Assembly (NCBI GenBank): GCA_951406725.2
Contig: OX597826.1
Location: 44,206,001 to 44,270,000 of the forward strand
Direction of reading: 5' to 3'
Length of the DNA: 64,000 nucleotides
Source: Octopus vulgaris
Taxonomy: Eukaryota
Positions 1 through 13,066 of the stretch are shown piece after piece. The stretch's first letter is position 1; each line of letters opens with the position of its first letter. The position numbers and the translations under genes are program-made. Below the pieces are notes generated by a model, which made no database searches, was not told where the DNA came from, and was given only the letters and a program-made list of their open reading frames with translations.

Positions 1-120
1 TTGGTGAATTGAAGAAATGGAGCTGAACGCAGATTGAACAGAAATCGTTGTGATTTTTGCTACTAAGGTATCGGTTAAACTTTTGATTAATCTACTACAA
101 GATTATTCATCTTTCTATTT

Positions 121-153
<33 letters not shown>

Positions 154-155
<2 letters not shown>

Positions 156-540
156 GTACAGGAAGTCGCCTACAGTAAACAACATGAAATACGAAAACGA
201 ATGAGTTTAATACGCAAACAATGAAGGAAAGAAATGGAAAACAGGAAAAGTAATACAAAGAACGACCCTTCATCAATTGTGGGCTGTATATCTGCTCTTC
301 ATATCGAGCAGTGAACTTCAATATGAGTCTTCGAAAACAGTTACTTCCATAAATACCAACATATAATTTTGGATTTATTGAGGGTCAAAGTTGGGAACAA
401 AAACAGGACAGTGGAGACATACAAAGAAACCGAACGAAAACCAACATAGGGGGTCGTTAAACCAGAACGAGGGTATAATAGCGAGCGCTGGAGAAATACT
501 TTCTTTGAAAAAGGATAAGATAGCCGAGAGAGATAGTAGA
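154..540 (-). repeat. Dispersed repeat, possibly a Penelope terminal-repeat derivative (second copy at 56797-57002)
   Basis: Reverse complement of 154-359 aligns with 56797-57002 (shared TGATGAAGGGTCGTTCTTT and TTTTCGTATTTCAT..TGTTTACTGT). Confidence 0.75.
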
Positions 541-836
541 CGTTTATATAAATATATAAAAGCACATACATATATACATATACACGCACACACATGCACA
601 AACACCATGTATACAGCAAGTGCAAGTAAGAGAGACCAACACACAGACAGACGCACACAGACACACAGACACAGACACAGACACAGATACAGACAGACAC
701 ACACACGCGCACACACACACATATATATAGGTATCCACATATATATCAATATATTTTTCTCTATATTTACACGCATACATGTGTATATATATATATTTGT
801 ATTAAAACCTTTTCGCATGTGGTTTTAATTCACATT

Positions 837-899
<63 letters not shown>

Positions 900-1602
900 T
901 ATGCATATGCTTTTATGTATTCTGTCTGGAAAAAAACAACCTTAGGCAAGTATGTGGATCTAAAGATATATTATATACTCGGAACACGTACGTACTTTTG
1001 GTAACCGGGCGTATATTAAAATAACAACCTAAATTTCCTTGGACTGCAGGGCAAACAAAAGATAATTGAAATAAACTAAGTTATATACAATCACGAATTG
1101 GAATCTGTAACACACGAGGTGTAAATAGTAAGTTAAAATGTCTGTGAATTCAAATCACATCAGTTTGTCCATATACAATATATAGCAAAGTACACCAACA
1201 GCTTGAGGCTTAATATATATGCTGGGAGCAATAAATTACATATAATTTTCAAAGTGCCACAAGAATGTACTTTCTTTTGCAGATTACTACTAAAGGTATC
1301 AATGAAATTATACTGAAAACAATATGAATTAAGATTAACTGGAGGCACATGAAGCAGCGTTGAACGAACTTTGTGTATAGTTATATTTAACGCGTTCCTG
1401 TACATTTGGACGTGGAAATATGTTTCAGTGGAGAAAAAGTTGCAGTAGAAAATTTTCTTCACAGGCAATGTGATTAAAAATATATTATTTGGCTACGAAT
1501 GACATCATCGTACAATGGATCGCAGCATTTTTGAAATAGAATCATTCACATGATTTAGCCTTCTAAGAACAGTTGCTCTTATATATAACTTTTTTTTTTC
1601 TG

Positions 1603-1923
1603 AGACCTCCTCCGGTCACGACTGACCATGGGATTGCTCCTAGAAAAGTCCGGGCAAGGTTGGTTGTTTATGGAAGACCAGCACCTGCCCATGCATACCG
1701 GTCACTCCTCTCCACGCCACCGATGTTATCCAATGGAAAGGCAAAGGCCGATACAGCTTGGTACCAGTGACGTCGCAACTCATTTCTGCAGCTGAGTGAA
1801 CTGGAGCAACGTGAAATAAAGTGTCTTGCTCAAGAACACAACACGCAGCACGGTCCGGGATTCGAGTTCACAATCTCACGATCGTAAACTCGACGCTCTA
1901 ACCACAGAGCCATGCGCCTTCAC
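1603..1923 (-). mobile_element. tRNA-derived CORE-type SINE, family A (resembles octopus OR-type SINEs)
   Basis: Minus strand has a tRNA-like head with A/B boxes, then the CORE-like TGTTCTTGAGCAAGACACTTTATTTCACGTTGCTCCAGTTCACTCAGCTG; further copies at 2873, 57074 and 57518. Confidence 0.85.
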
Positions 1924-1933
1924 ACACACACAC

Positions 1934-2096
<163 letters not shown>

Positions 2097-2829
2097 ACTT
2101 CACATATATATAACTATAACATCAGTTAATGTCACGTTCACTAAAGTGCATAGGTGAAGTCGAGCTACAATTAATCAACTGGAGGCGCGCGAAGCTGCGT
2201 TGTAAAACATGCAGGTGTACAATCATATTTAAAAAGAGATGACGTACACGCGGACGCGGAATACATTTCACTGCCGAAATAGCCTCGGGAGAAAATTCGC
2301 CGCATTGACAATATGTGTTAGAACATATCATTGGAATATGAATGACGCTATCGGACTTTAAGACGCATGTGTTTCTGTGTCGCTCCACTTCCTGAGATAT
2401 AGAAACCGAATCAATCTTACAAATTCCTCTACAAACTTTGTTTTTAAATATAAAAAGAGCAACGTTACATTTTTTTAATATGTGCAATTCTTGGTTCAGT
2501 TCGAATTACTTAAATAGAAATGTAGAAAGTAGCTATATACACTAAACTAACTAAATCTACATGAACTGTTATTCCGTGTCCACCGATCGGTGTTGGCTAT
2601 GATATCTAAAAAAGTGTTACAATATAATTCTCTTCAGACTATCGACAACGGGAAGCAGAGGTTTTTAAACACCCAATTCATTATTGTAGTCTACTTTCAT
2701 TTACTAATACTATATTTTCGTTATTTCACTATGATTTCATCCAATGATTTCGAGTTTACCACTTTCTGTCCCTCTCGAATGTACAAGCATTCACACACGC
2801 AAAGTCGCCCCACACCTTCATAAACCCAA

Positions 2830-2872
<43 letters not shown>

Positions 2873-2875
<3 letters not shown>

Positions 2876-3163
2876 CCCCACTTGTGTCATTATTGACCAT
2901 GAGATCGCACCTTGAAAGTTCTCCTCCGAAGCATAATACCGGGCAAGGTTGTTTATGGAAGACAAATAGTCGCCCATACATACGAGACCCCGCTCTCCAC
3001 GCCACCGAAGTTATCCAAGGAAAAGGCAAAGGCGGACACAGCTTGGCACTAGTGACGCCACAACTGATTTCTACAGCTGAGTGATCTGGAACAACGTGAA
3101 AGAAAGTGTCTTGCTCAAGATCACAACATAAAATCCGGTCCAGGAATCGAACTCCCGATCGTC
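2873..3163 (-). mobile_element. CORE-type SINE family A, diverged copy
   Basis: Shares GGGCAAGGTTGTTTATGGAAGAC, CTCCACGCCACCGA, CTACAGCTGAGTGA and GTGTCTTGCTCAAGA with the other family A copies. Confidence 0.85.
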
Positions 3164-3243
3164 AGCCCGACACTGTAATACGTATACACATATGTGTGTG
3201 TGTGTGTGTGTGTAATGTATGTATGTATGTATGTGTATATACG

Positions 3244-3278
<35 letters not shown>

Positions 3279-3293
3279 AAGTATGTATGTATG

Positions 3294-3541
3294 TATTAGC
3301 CGAAGTGTACAATATTATATATCTATCACGGCGGATCTTGCCAATCGGTTTCGCGCTGGGGTATAAACAGAGTGTTAAGTAACAATCCGAATATATAACC
3401 CTATGCCTATATCGGTTACCTCTGATGAGCGCAGGATTATATTATCGGATTGTTACCTAATATTCCGTTGTGTCACTGGCGCGAAACCGATTGTTAAGAT
3501 CGGACGTGATAGATATATAATACTGTACACTTCGGATAATA
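3294..3541. mobile_element. Palindromic non-coding element with hammerhead-like motif (Penelope terminal-repeat-like)
   Basis: About 3294-3415 is a diverged reverse complement of 3421-3541. The right arm reads CTGATGA(3422-28)-GCGC...GCGC-GAAA(3483-86)-CCGAT...ATCGG-AC. Confidence 0.75.
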
Positions 3542-3573
3542 TACCCACTCTATTGACAGATATGCGAGTGCAT

Positions 3574-3630
3574 CATTTTCCTGACTTATGGAATTTTAGA
3601 CATTTTCCTGACTTATGGAATTTTAGACAT
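3574..3630. repeat. 27-bp tandem duplication
   Basis: CATTTTCCTGACTTATGGAATTTTAGA occurs twice, exactly. Confidence 0.95.
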
Positions 3631-4053
3631 CTTACGTGTATATATATATATATATATATATATGATAGCGAATCGACACAATCTGCATTACCCACAATGA
3701 CTTCCATTCCGTAAGTAAGGAGGTACATAATTTACGCAAAGTTTCCTTCTGCTGTCCTTTTTACATATGAAATCTCTTTTCTTCGCTGTCACTTTTACCC
3801 ATTCGATCTGCACCAGTTTTAACAGTCCATGACACCGACCGTCTCATATTTTCTAGTTACCCCCGTTTTACTTTATTCCTCTAGCTTTTCTCCTCTTTTA
3901 ATTACCTTTCTCAAGAGGAGTCTTAGAACAAAACATTAACAACATTAAAATAGATATGTCTTCTGTTCCCTTTCTCTCCTGTGTTGATATTTTCCTCATT
4001 CCTTTTGACTTATATGTGTACACATACACACACACATATATGTATATATATAC

Positions 4054-4101
<48 letters not shown>

Positions 4102-4362
4102 TATGCATATGCACATATACACCGGTGCACTCATGTTCATATAATCATTTACCAGAAACACATGCATGTGCATTCTATCTATCTATCTATCTATTATAAT
4201 ATTTTTTATTTCATTAAACATGGCTCGTAGAGTTGTTTGTAACGCAGTCAAACTGTATAGCTGTATTAATTTGTGTATAAGTGAGTGTGTGTGTGTGTTT
4301 GTATAAATACACATACATTCATATATCTATATATCTATATATCTATATATATATATACATTC

Positions 4363-4425
<63 letters not shown>

Positions 4426-7400
4426 GTATATTCTTGATGTTTGACTTAACAGATATCTTCGCTTTTGATAATGTAAAATAGAGAAGTAACGCACACACAT
4501 TGCTTATTAATTCTACTGAGTTTACATTTCATATGGCCATCGTTTCTGTTTACATTTCTAGCTCTTTTAGTAGTGAATGCCTTTAATCTCAACTTTTTAT
4601 CTCTGTATAGTTTTTCTTTGTTTGATAGTTTATATTTTAATAGTAATATATCAAAATTTTTGACTATGTTACTTTTCTTCCACTGAAAGCTATGTATTAA
4701 ATTTCATAATATCAAATAATTTAAAAATGTTGATGCATATTCCTTACAACTATATCTTTACAGAAAAGACACGTGCTAATTAGTTAACGGTTCAATCAAT
4801 TAAGACATGTAATTATACTAATTACTCGTACATATTTCCTTCTAGATGACGTTTTAATCGGGTCTATCATATGCCGGCATCAAATATCGACAGCCTCTGA
4901 ATATATATTTTTATAATTTAAAATGTGTGCTGAAGCAAATGTATTAAGTGGGACACTTTCATAAAGTTAAAGCGCATAGATGGTGATGTACAGAATGATG
5001 TACACAAAAATGTTATAATGATTTGAAAATTGCCTTTATTTATAAAGAGAAAGCATAAATCAGACATCAGATGATGGCGAGCTTTAGTGAAAAGGGGAGG
5101 TAATCGTATGGAAAACTACCGTATTTATGGTATCAAAGATATACGTGCTTACAATATGCTCTCCAATTTCAGCAACGCATATTCAGGAGGAAAAATATTT
5201 AGAGCATTGAAGATTATTAGAAGCCCAACAGCACACATATACAAACGTCTTTTTTGTGATCGAATATGCAATTTATTCATGATTGGAGGTGTGGTGTCTA
5301 ATTTTTGTTAGAAGGTATGGCGACAGCTATAGTCGGGGTTTCTATCTTATTAGTCCTTACAAACAAATCACATACCTTCCGAGAAGAGTATAGAGATTTT
5401 AACAAGTAGAAAAATAGATAGGAAGAACTTTAGTCTGTATAATTTGCATAATTACAAATTACAATACATCAGCTAAGAATAATTGTGTAAGTTGGTTAAT
5501 AGCGTGAATTTTTAAAATTCGGGTAGCTGGTGATGTACTAAAAGACGGACTCAGAAAAATTCTCAATTTTATATATTCTCGTGCTACAGTGAAATTTATA
5601 TTCATCATGCACACTATACACAGCATATTCATAGATATTATATACCTATCCCATTAAACGAGAAACGATAAACAATTTCTAACATATGCATATAATGTAT
5701 TTTTATATAAACTTATATATTTTCTTTCACACACTGAAAGATATAATAAAATTCAGTAACCTCGATAACCCCGCCCTCTTTCTTCTAATACTACGGATAC
5801 CTCAATATCGACCCGAAAATTATTGATTTGTTAGAAGGAAAACAAAACTGAGCATGCAATGTAAATGGCTATTTGGAAATATTTCAAAACCTACCTAGTT
5901 GCCGTTGAACTAAAATGTACATTCATACCTACATATCAATATATATATATAAATATATACACACATACATATATGTATATATGTATATATATATATATAT
6001 ACATATATACATATATATAAATATATATACATATATAGGCATACATACCTATATATCAATATATATATACATATAAATACATACATACGTACATTCATAA
6101 TGCATACAAGCATACATGAAAGTACCCATAAATATGGGTGCATAGATACATGTATCCTTTCATATGTTTAGATACACATGTGAGTAAATTTACTCACACA
6201 CACGCACATCACATGCACACACGCGAACACGTGCACACATACACACAGATACATATTCATTCATTTATTCATTCATTCATTCATTCATATGTGTGTGTAA
6301 AATAAGTCTGCGTGTCTGTGTAATCTGTTATTGTTTAGTATGTGGTAGTAAACGATAGATTATTCAATGCAAGTCTATATTAGAAATATGTATTTTCACT
6401 ATATATTTTTTACCATATATAGGATAGACTGTTTACATTACTGCACCTAAAAATTCATTCTATTGCCCTAATGGTCAACCGTACTCATTAACAATCTCAA
6501 AGAAAACGAGCCGTGCATAATCTGAAGTACTATCAGCTGTAAGGTCTACATCACGAACATTTAATTCCGTATATGCAATTATGTAACCTTGTAAAAGAGA
6601 AACACACACTGCGCAAAACCTATGACATTTCAAATTAGATAACTTACCCGTATTCTAGGTTTTACACGATCTGTTTCTGGCAGTGAACATCTTCAAACTC
6701 AATGACCCTTTAGAAAGTACTACATTTCAGAGTGAAACTATTTCTTTAGGCATTTCTCTTCACATGCCAACGATCTATCTGCTGTTACCTATAATATTAA
6801 ATTGTATTCTGACTACACTTCCGCGACATCCCGCATAATCATTGCCTGTAATCCTTCAAACCACTCATCAAGGTTTTTCGCGATTAGTTGCACCAAAACT
6901 GTGCAAGGAAGGCCTACACGGATCTAACACAAATTTTGTAAAACTACTCGAAAATTTATATAACACAACACTCTTACGCCTGATACATGCTGCAAGATAT
7001 CCCATCTCCTTAGATATAGCAGTTCTATCAAGGTCGTTGTCTATAGAACGTCTTGGCAAAACACCTCACACGAGTAATTTTGGCTGATTTTCTCGATTAT
7101 CTACTTCTCCTAGATCGGGCATTTCCGGTAAGACCGATTACACCAACTCATGTGTGTTGCCAGGAGAGTTTCTGATCCCGAGTCTTTCAGAACAAGAGCA
7201 CAGTAAGTGCCAATGTCCTCACAGTTTCTTCTCTATATTAATTATTTGCTTGGGTTCAGATCTCAGAAGACTCATTCTGAATGGAAGGGCATCACACTTC
7301 ATTCTCTCTCAACTAACGCACGTAGAACACAGAAGTTAACAATACGTGGATCATGTGCAGACATAATAGACACAGCAGTTACCGATGAGATCATGAATAC

Positions 7401-7702
7401 CTGATAGCTTGTTATCATTCTCTCCGATTTTGAACTAATCATTAAAAAAATACCACAAAGCCACTAGAAACGGTAAAAACTAAGCCATCGCAATTATCTA
7501 TAACTTTTCCTGATGATACCATATTAATAACGTAAAGAAGACTGTATCCCAAACACTTACTCCCAAAATCTGCGTAATTTTGGCTTTCATTATTTGCTAC
7601 TTGTTAACCCTATACAAACAAAGGCTCAATATAAAGTACTGATCGCTCATGTTTGAGAGTGCTTCTGTTACTTGTAAACATGTGAGAACACTTCCAATTA
7701 AA

Positions 7703-7940
7703 AAGCTATCCAACCGACCGACTGATTAGAAAATGCTCTCCCACTAATATAATATTCCATAAATTCTGATCTATTTGCAAGCTATGCATCCGACTGATAG
7801 GCAAATATTCACTTGCTCAGTGTCTTGTTCACAGATAAACTATTCGTCCGGCTGATCGGCAAATACTCATTCACTAACATCCTACAGATTCTGGCCCTCG
7901 GACAAGCTACCCTCCCGAATGATTACCAAAATACTCACTT
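7703..7940 (+). repeat. Degenerate minisatellite, 4 units of about 58-76 bp
   Basis: AAGCTA....CCGACTGAT.GGCAAATACTCACT-like motif at 7703, 7779, 7837 and 7904. Confidence 0.7.
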
Positions 7941-8322
7941 ATAGACCACACAGCACACATATAAGCTTCTCCTAATATTGTCTATTCTATTGCACATATA
8001 ATGGTCTTCGCTTCTCTGAATTATCTATTTCAGCTCCTCCTCATCTCAATCCCATTTCTCCTCGTGTTACTCGTGATGTCCTTCAGCTGTAAACCCTACA
8101 ATAACCACAATCCCACACTCAATTCCCCCTCACCGACATCAACGTCAACATTCTGGAATTCTCAACGTACCCACGTTTTCCCTGCAGACATCGACTTACA
8201 GATGTTCAAGCCAAATATAATCGATCAATGTTACCAGTCTCATAGGAAATGTAAAGGTCACAGGTTTCTTTCCTTCTTCCTGACTAAACAATACAATGCA
8301 ATATACATAAATAAATACATAC

Positions 8323-8377
<55 letters not shown>

Positions 8378-8509
8378 TGTGTGTCTATGTGTGTGCACGT
8401 ATATATAAATGTGTATGTATACACACACACACACATATATATAAATACACACAAATATATTATTGTATGTGTGCGCATACATATCGTTATATTTAAATCT
8501 ATCTCTACG

Positions 8510-8578
<69 letters not shown>

Positions 8579-9254
8579 GCATACATGCATATATTATGTA
8601 CATGCACACACACACACTAGCAATTCTCCAAGACGTTGCCCGGGTGTTATGACCTACACCACCAGAATCGGCACACGAGGTGTATGAAGCAAATATGATG
8701 TTATTTGCTTCATATGATCAATCAAATTTTTGAAGGTGATACCACATCATGGCGACAGTCGAAATATTAAATCCACTAAAATATTGTTTAAAGACTTTAT
8801 GGGTTAAAATGCCTGTACATTACCAGGAGCGTAGTGTAAATTATAAGCAGTGATCATTTTGAAGAATGATAATTCTCGGTGGTGAATTCAAACAAAAATT
8901 TACGTAAGTAATTGGTATTTATTTCAATATAGACCGCGAAAAATTGCTATTTGGAAGAACTAAGGATACACAATATCTGAATTCATGGTATTTTAAGATA
9001 AATATATCACTAGATAGCTAAGTACAGAGAGAGACAGAGAGAGTACGAAGATAGACAAATCAGTGAGGAATTTGGTAGGATGTTCGAAGTAGTGTTAGAA
9101 ATTGTCTCAATCTGGAAAGCTCAGAAATCTTAGCAAAATTACTGGAGCTCTGTAATCGACGCACCTCTCTCCCCCCTCTCTCTCTCTATATATATATACA
9201 TATACATATATATACATATATATGTATATATAGGTGAGAAAGTTGGTGTGTGAT

Positions 9255-9286
<32 letters not shown>

Positions 9287-9327
9287 CTGTGTTTATAAAA
9301 GCATATACATGCACACATAATTATATA

Positions 9328-9410
<83 letters not shown>

Positions 9411-10276
9411 GTATATGAACTTGACATCCGTTTTCTTTTCTTTTCATTTATTTCCTTAGATTAAAATCAACCAGAGGAAGGTCCTTATAAGATTCTGGAA
9501 TTTGTAATAATACCAGCATAATTCCCCACTCCTGCTAATATTGCACTATGTTGTCTTCACCTTATCTGATATTAGTTTTACCGCGCGCTGTTTCCTATCC
9601 ATACTTAAATATCAACTCTGCAAGGCAATATTAAGTGCTGTTTATTGAGAGCAATATGTTCACAGCTTAGAACTTAATGTTGCCTTCTTGGCACTATGTT
9701 TAGCCTTCGTGTGGAGATTGTTATTATTATTATTATTATCATTATTATTATTATTATTTATTTTTCTCTTTTAATTAATCTTTTAATCTCAAATAATAAA
9801 TCGAGTCATTGCACATTCCCAATGAACATCTTATCGGTAGCCATGTTCATAATATGGTTGACTTTAACATCTTCCTATCAGGCAGCAGTTGACTTGAGGA
9901 TTTTCGCTTGGGTTATTAATACTCAATACAATTTGACCGAAATTGATTCTATGAATTGATTCAATGAGATATTTCTCAATTGATTTTCTACGCCGGCTCA
10001 TCGAATGATTAGTAAAAATAATATGAAGAAGAGAGATCCTTTATCATAAAACATCTATTCATAAAAAGAAAAAAAGAATTGTAAATAAATCCTCATAATG
10101 GTTTATAGCCATTTTGGTTTCAATGGATAGTAGTGATACTATCAAAACAAGTTGGTATTTCTCATATACAGTGACATATTGGATTTATATGTTAGTATCA
10201 TACCAGTAGTTATATATGCGGTAATACATACATTCATGTATATATATACGTACATACATATATATAAACACATATA

Positions 10277-10366
<90 letters not shown>

Positions 10367-10750
10367 GCAACAAGGATAACCAGTAGTAATGCAGTACGAT
10401 CGTTTCATGCAACTCCATTTAAGTGAACAATGCAATCATTATCTCAATTTGAAATGTAGAGCAATTTTCAGCTGCACATATCTTTATATATATATATATA
10501 TATCCAAATATGAATTTGAAGCAGTGTTAGTGTTGTAAACATTATCGTCCACAGATATACGATGTGAGTCTTCACCTGTAGGCTGCGATTTAACGCGGTA
10601 GGAGTGATTCCTTCAAAGCGTCGGGTGTTAAAACACTTGAACGTCACATAGACTGGCCAGAAAACTCGCCCTAAATACAAATCAGGAGCGACGGATATGA
10701 ATGTTTCGCTATTTTGCGGCTTTTAGGTATACACATAGTTCTCTACGTGC

Positions 10751-10803
<53 letters not shown>

Positions 10804-11471
10804 ACACACTCTCTCTCGTCCTTTCTCTCTACCTATTAATCTGTCTATATATCCATATATATTCATAGGCACATACATACATGCATATTAATGTGAAATT
10901 GTATATAGAAACAATTTGAAATTAAGCTGAAGAATTACTCAGAACTTCTTAGTAGATTACTTATTCATTCTTACATGAAAAATGTTTAACATTGAATTTG
11001 AAGTTTCGGGTTACCATCCACCATCACATAAACCCTATCGACGGTCGGTAAACTTAAATATCGCATTCACTAACTATATATATATGTGTGTGTGTGTGTG
11101 AGTGAAAGTGTGTGTGTGTGTTTTTTTTTATAAATACATAAACAAACCCATATAGATGATGATAGCACCACATGAAATTCCGAAGCAGTCACCTATCTAC
11201 GTACTAACAAGGTTTCATATAGTCTAACTCCAGTGCTCCGACGAGAACCGGTGCTTTTAATGTTATATATATCATTGCTATTATGTTAAACTGTCGTATT
11301 TCCAAATTTTGCCAAATGCATTTCTTTCAACACTTATTTTTGGTCAAGATATCCAAAATTTTCAAAGTGCATTGCACTATTTTTACACTGTTTTTCCTTT
11401 TCTGAAAAAAGCAACGGTTTGGTCTAATATATATATATATATATATAACTCAAAGATTTTCCAACTTTGTT

Positions 11472-12369
11472 TTATAACATAATATAGTATAATATAATGA
11501 AATGTTACAAATTTCCATTCTGATTGAACTAGTACCTTCAGGCATTCAAGTATGCCATCTTCAGGTTCATGTAGTAGTGGTGGCAGCTGTGTTTTACAAT
11601 TTACAACTGTAGTGAGATGGCTAAAATGTGTGCCTTTTGTATAGGCTCCAGAATGTGAAGTTTTGCAAACTGTGTTCTGACCAATCAGTGTGTGGCTTAA
11701 CTAAATTACTAAAGTTGATCGGTGTTTTTGTTCAGGTGTCACAGTTTGTTGAATATGTCAAGAGATCTGCTATCACCACCATCATTAACAGCAACAACAA
11801 TACTAAAGGTTCTCATGATGACGATATCAGGAATATACGATGTCAAGAGAAAAGTCAGTAAAGATAACATTATTTTGGGTTTAAAGTTCTATTACTACAG
11901 CTACTCCTACCACCACCACCATTACCACCACCCTCACCCCACCACTAACACCACGAACGACAACAATAAAAGTGATGATGATAAATGAAATGTAAAAATC
12001 CCTGGGAAATGTTAACATTTCTAAAAATAGCCAAACAATAACTGCTTTCGCCAGGCTCAAAATACAACTAACTTGACATGTTTAATAAACTGTGACGCCT
12101 AAACCAAATACCATTCAACTTAAATAATTTAGTTAAGGCCCACACACTGATTGGTCAGAATACAGTTTGCGAAATATTACATTCTGGAGTCTGTACAAAA
12201 TGTATTTAAGGGATACATTTTAGCCATACCACTACAGTTGTCAATTGTAAAAGATAACTGTCATCACGACTACATGAACCCGAAGATTGCATACTGTAAT
12301 GCAAAGTACTAGTTCTATCAGAATGGAAATTTAAATGTTCTATCATTTCATTATACTATATTATTATAA
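11472..12369. mobile_element. Long inverted-repeat element (~290-bp arms, ~310-bp spacer) with a hammerhead-like motif in each arm
   Basis: 11472-11762 is a diverged reverse complement of 12072-12369. Minus strand 11526-11568 reads GAAC CTGAAGA TGGCAT ACTTGA ATGCCT GAAG GTAC TA GTTC. Confidence 0.8.
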
Positions 12370-12430
12370 GATTGTAAATAAAACATGAAAATCTGTGAGT
12401 AGTAATTATTCTATACACAACGGCACACAC

Positions 12431-12494
<64 letters not shown>

Positions 12495-12540
12495 GTGAGA
12501 AAGTGAGAAAGTTGGTGTGTGAAAGCACGTGGTTGAATAT

Positions 12541-12814
12541 ATAGAAAATAGTAAAAAGTGAAAAAACTGAAGGCTTGTTTTAAAAGAAAAAACATATATT
12601 TGAGTCATTATCTCTGAAGAATGTTATAAATTTTTTCATACAATGACATAGTTTTTGAAGAAATTTGAAAAGCTGAACGCGAAACCGGTCATTTCTTCAC
12701 AAATTATGTCATTGTATGAAAAAATTTATAACATTCTTCAGATATAATGACTCAAATATATTTTTTTAACCTTTTTAAAACAAGCCTTCTGTAGTTTTTT
12801 CACTTTTTACTATT

Positions 12815-12820
<6 letters not shown>
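12541..12820. mobile_element. Hairpin element: ~120-bp inverted arms closing a hammerhead core
   Basis: 12541-12664 pairs with 12691-12820 with few mismatches or indels; flanked by (TA)n. Confidence 0.85.
12657..12698 (+). ncRNA. Minimal type I hammerhead ribozyme, U3:A8 variant (predicted)
   Basis: Stem I GAAGAAAT/ATTTCTTC; core TTGAAAA; stem II GC-TGAAC-GC; GAAA; palindromic ACCGGT; GTC cleavage triplet. Confidence 0.7.
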
Positions 12821-12873
<53 letters not shown>

Positions 12874-13066
12874 TTTAACAGCTGAATTTAGAGAAGAGAG
12901 CAGAATATAAGAAGGCATAGCTCAAGAAATACTTGATCTGACTGCAGCCGACTGTAATTTCCATGATGATCTAGTATGTCACATTTCACATGTGCCCAAC
13001 AAGAAGACTTCGAGAGCACAGTGTAGAAACAAACATACTCTGCCTTTGTGCTCCAAAAGATATATA

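Noticed and set aside
5087-5400. KRGGNRMENYR resembling the LINE RT motif KGD...NYRxI
   Set aside because: A single weak motif; downstream RT motifs could not be followed.
7703-7940. CRISPR-like repeat/spacer appearance
   Set aside because: Repeats are too divergent, periods are irregular, spacers resemble each other, there are no cas genes and the context is eukaryotic.
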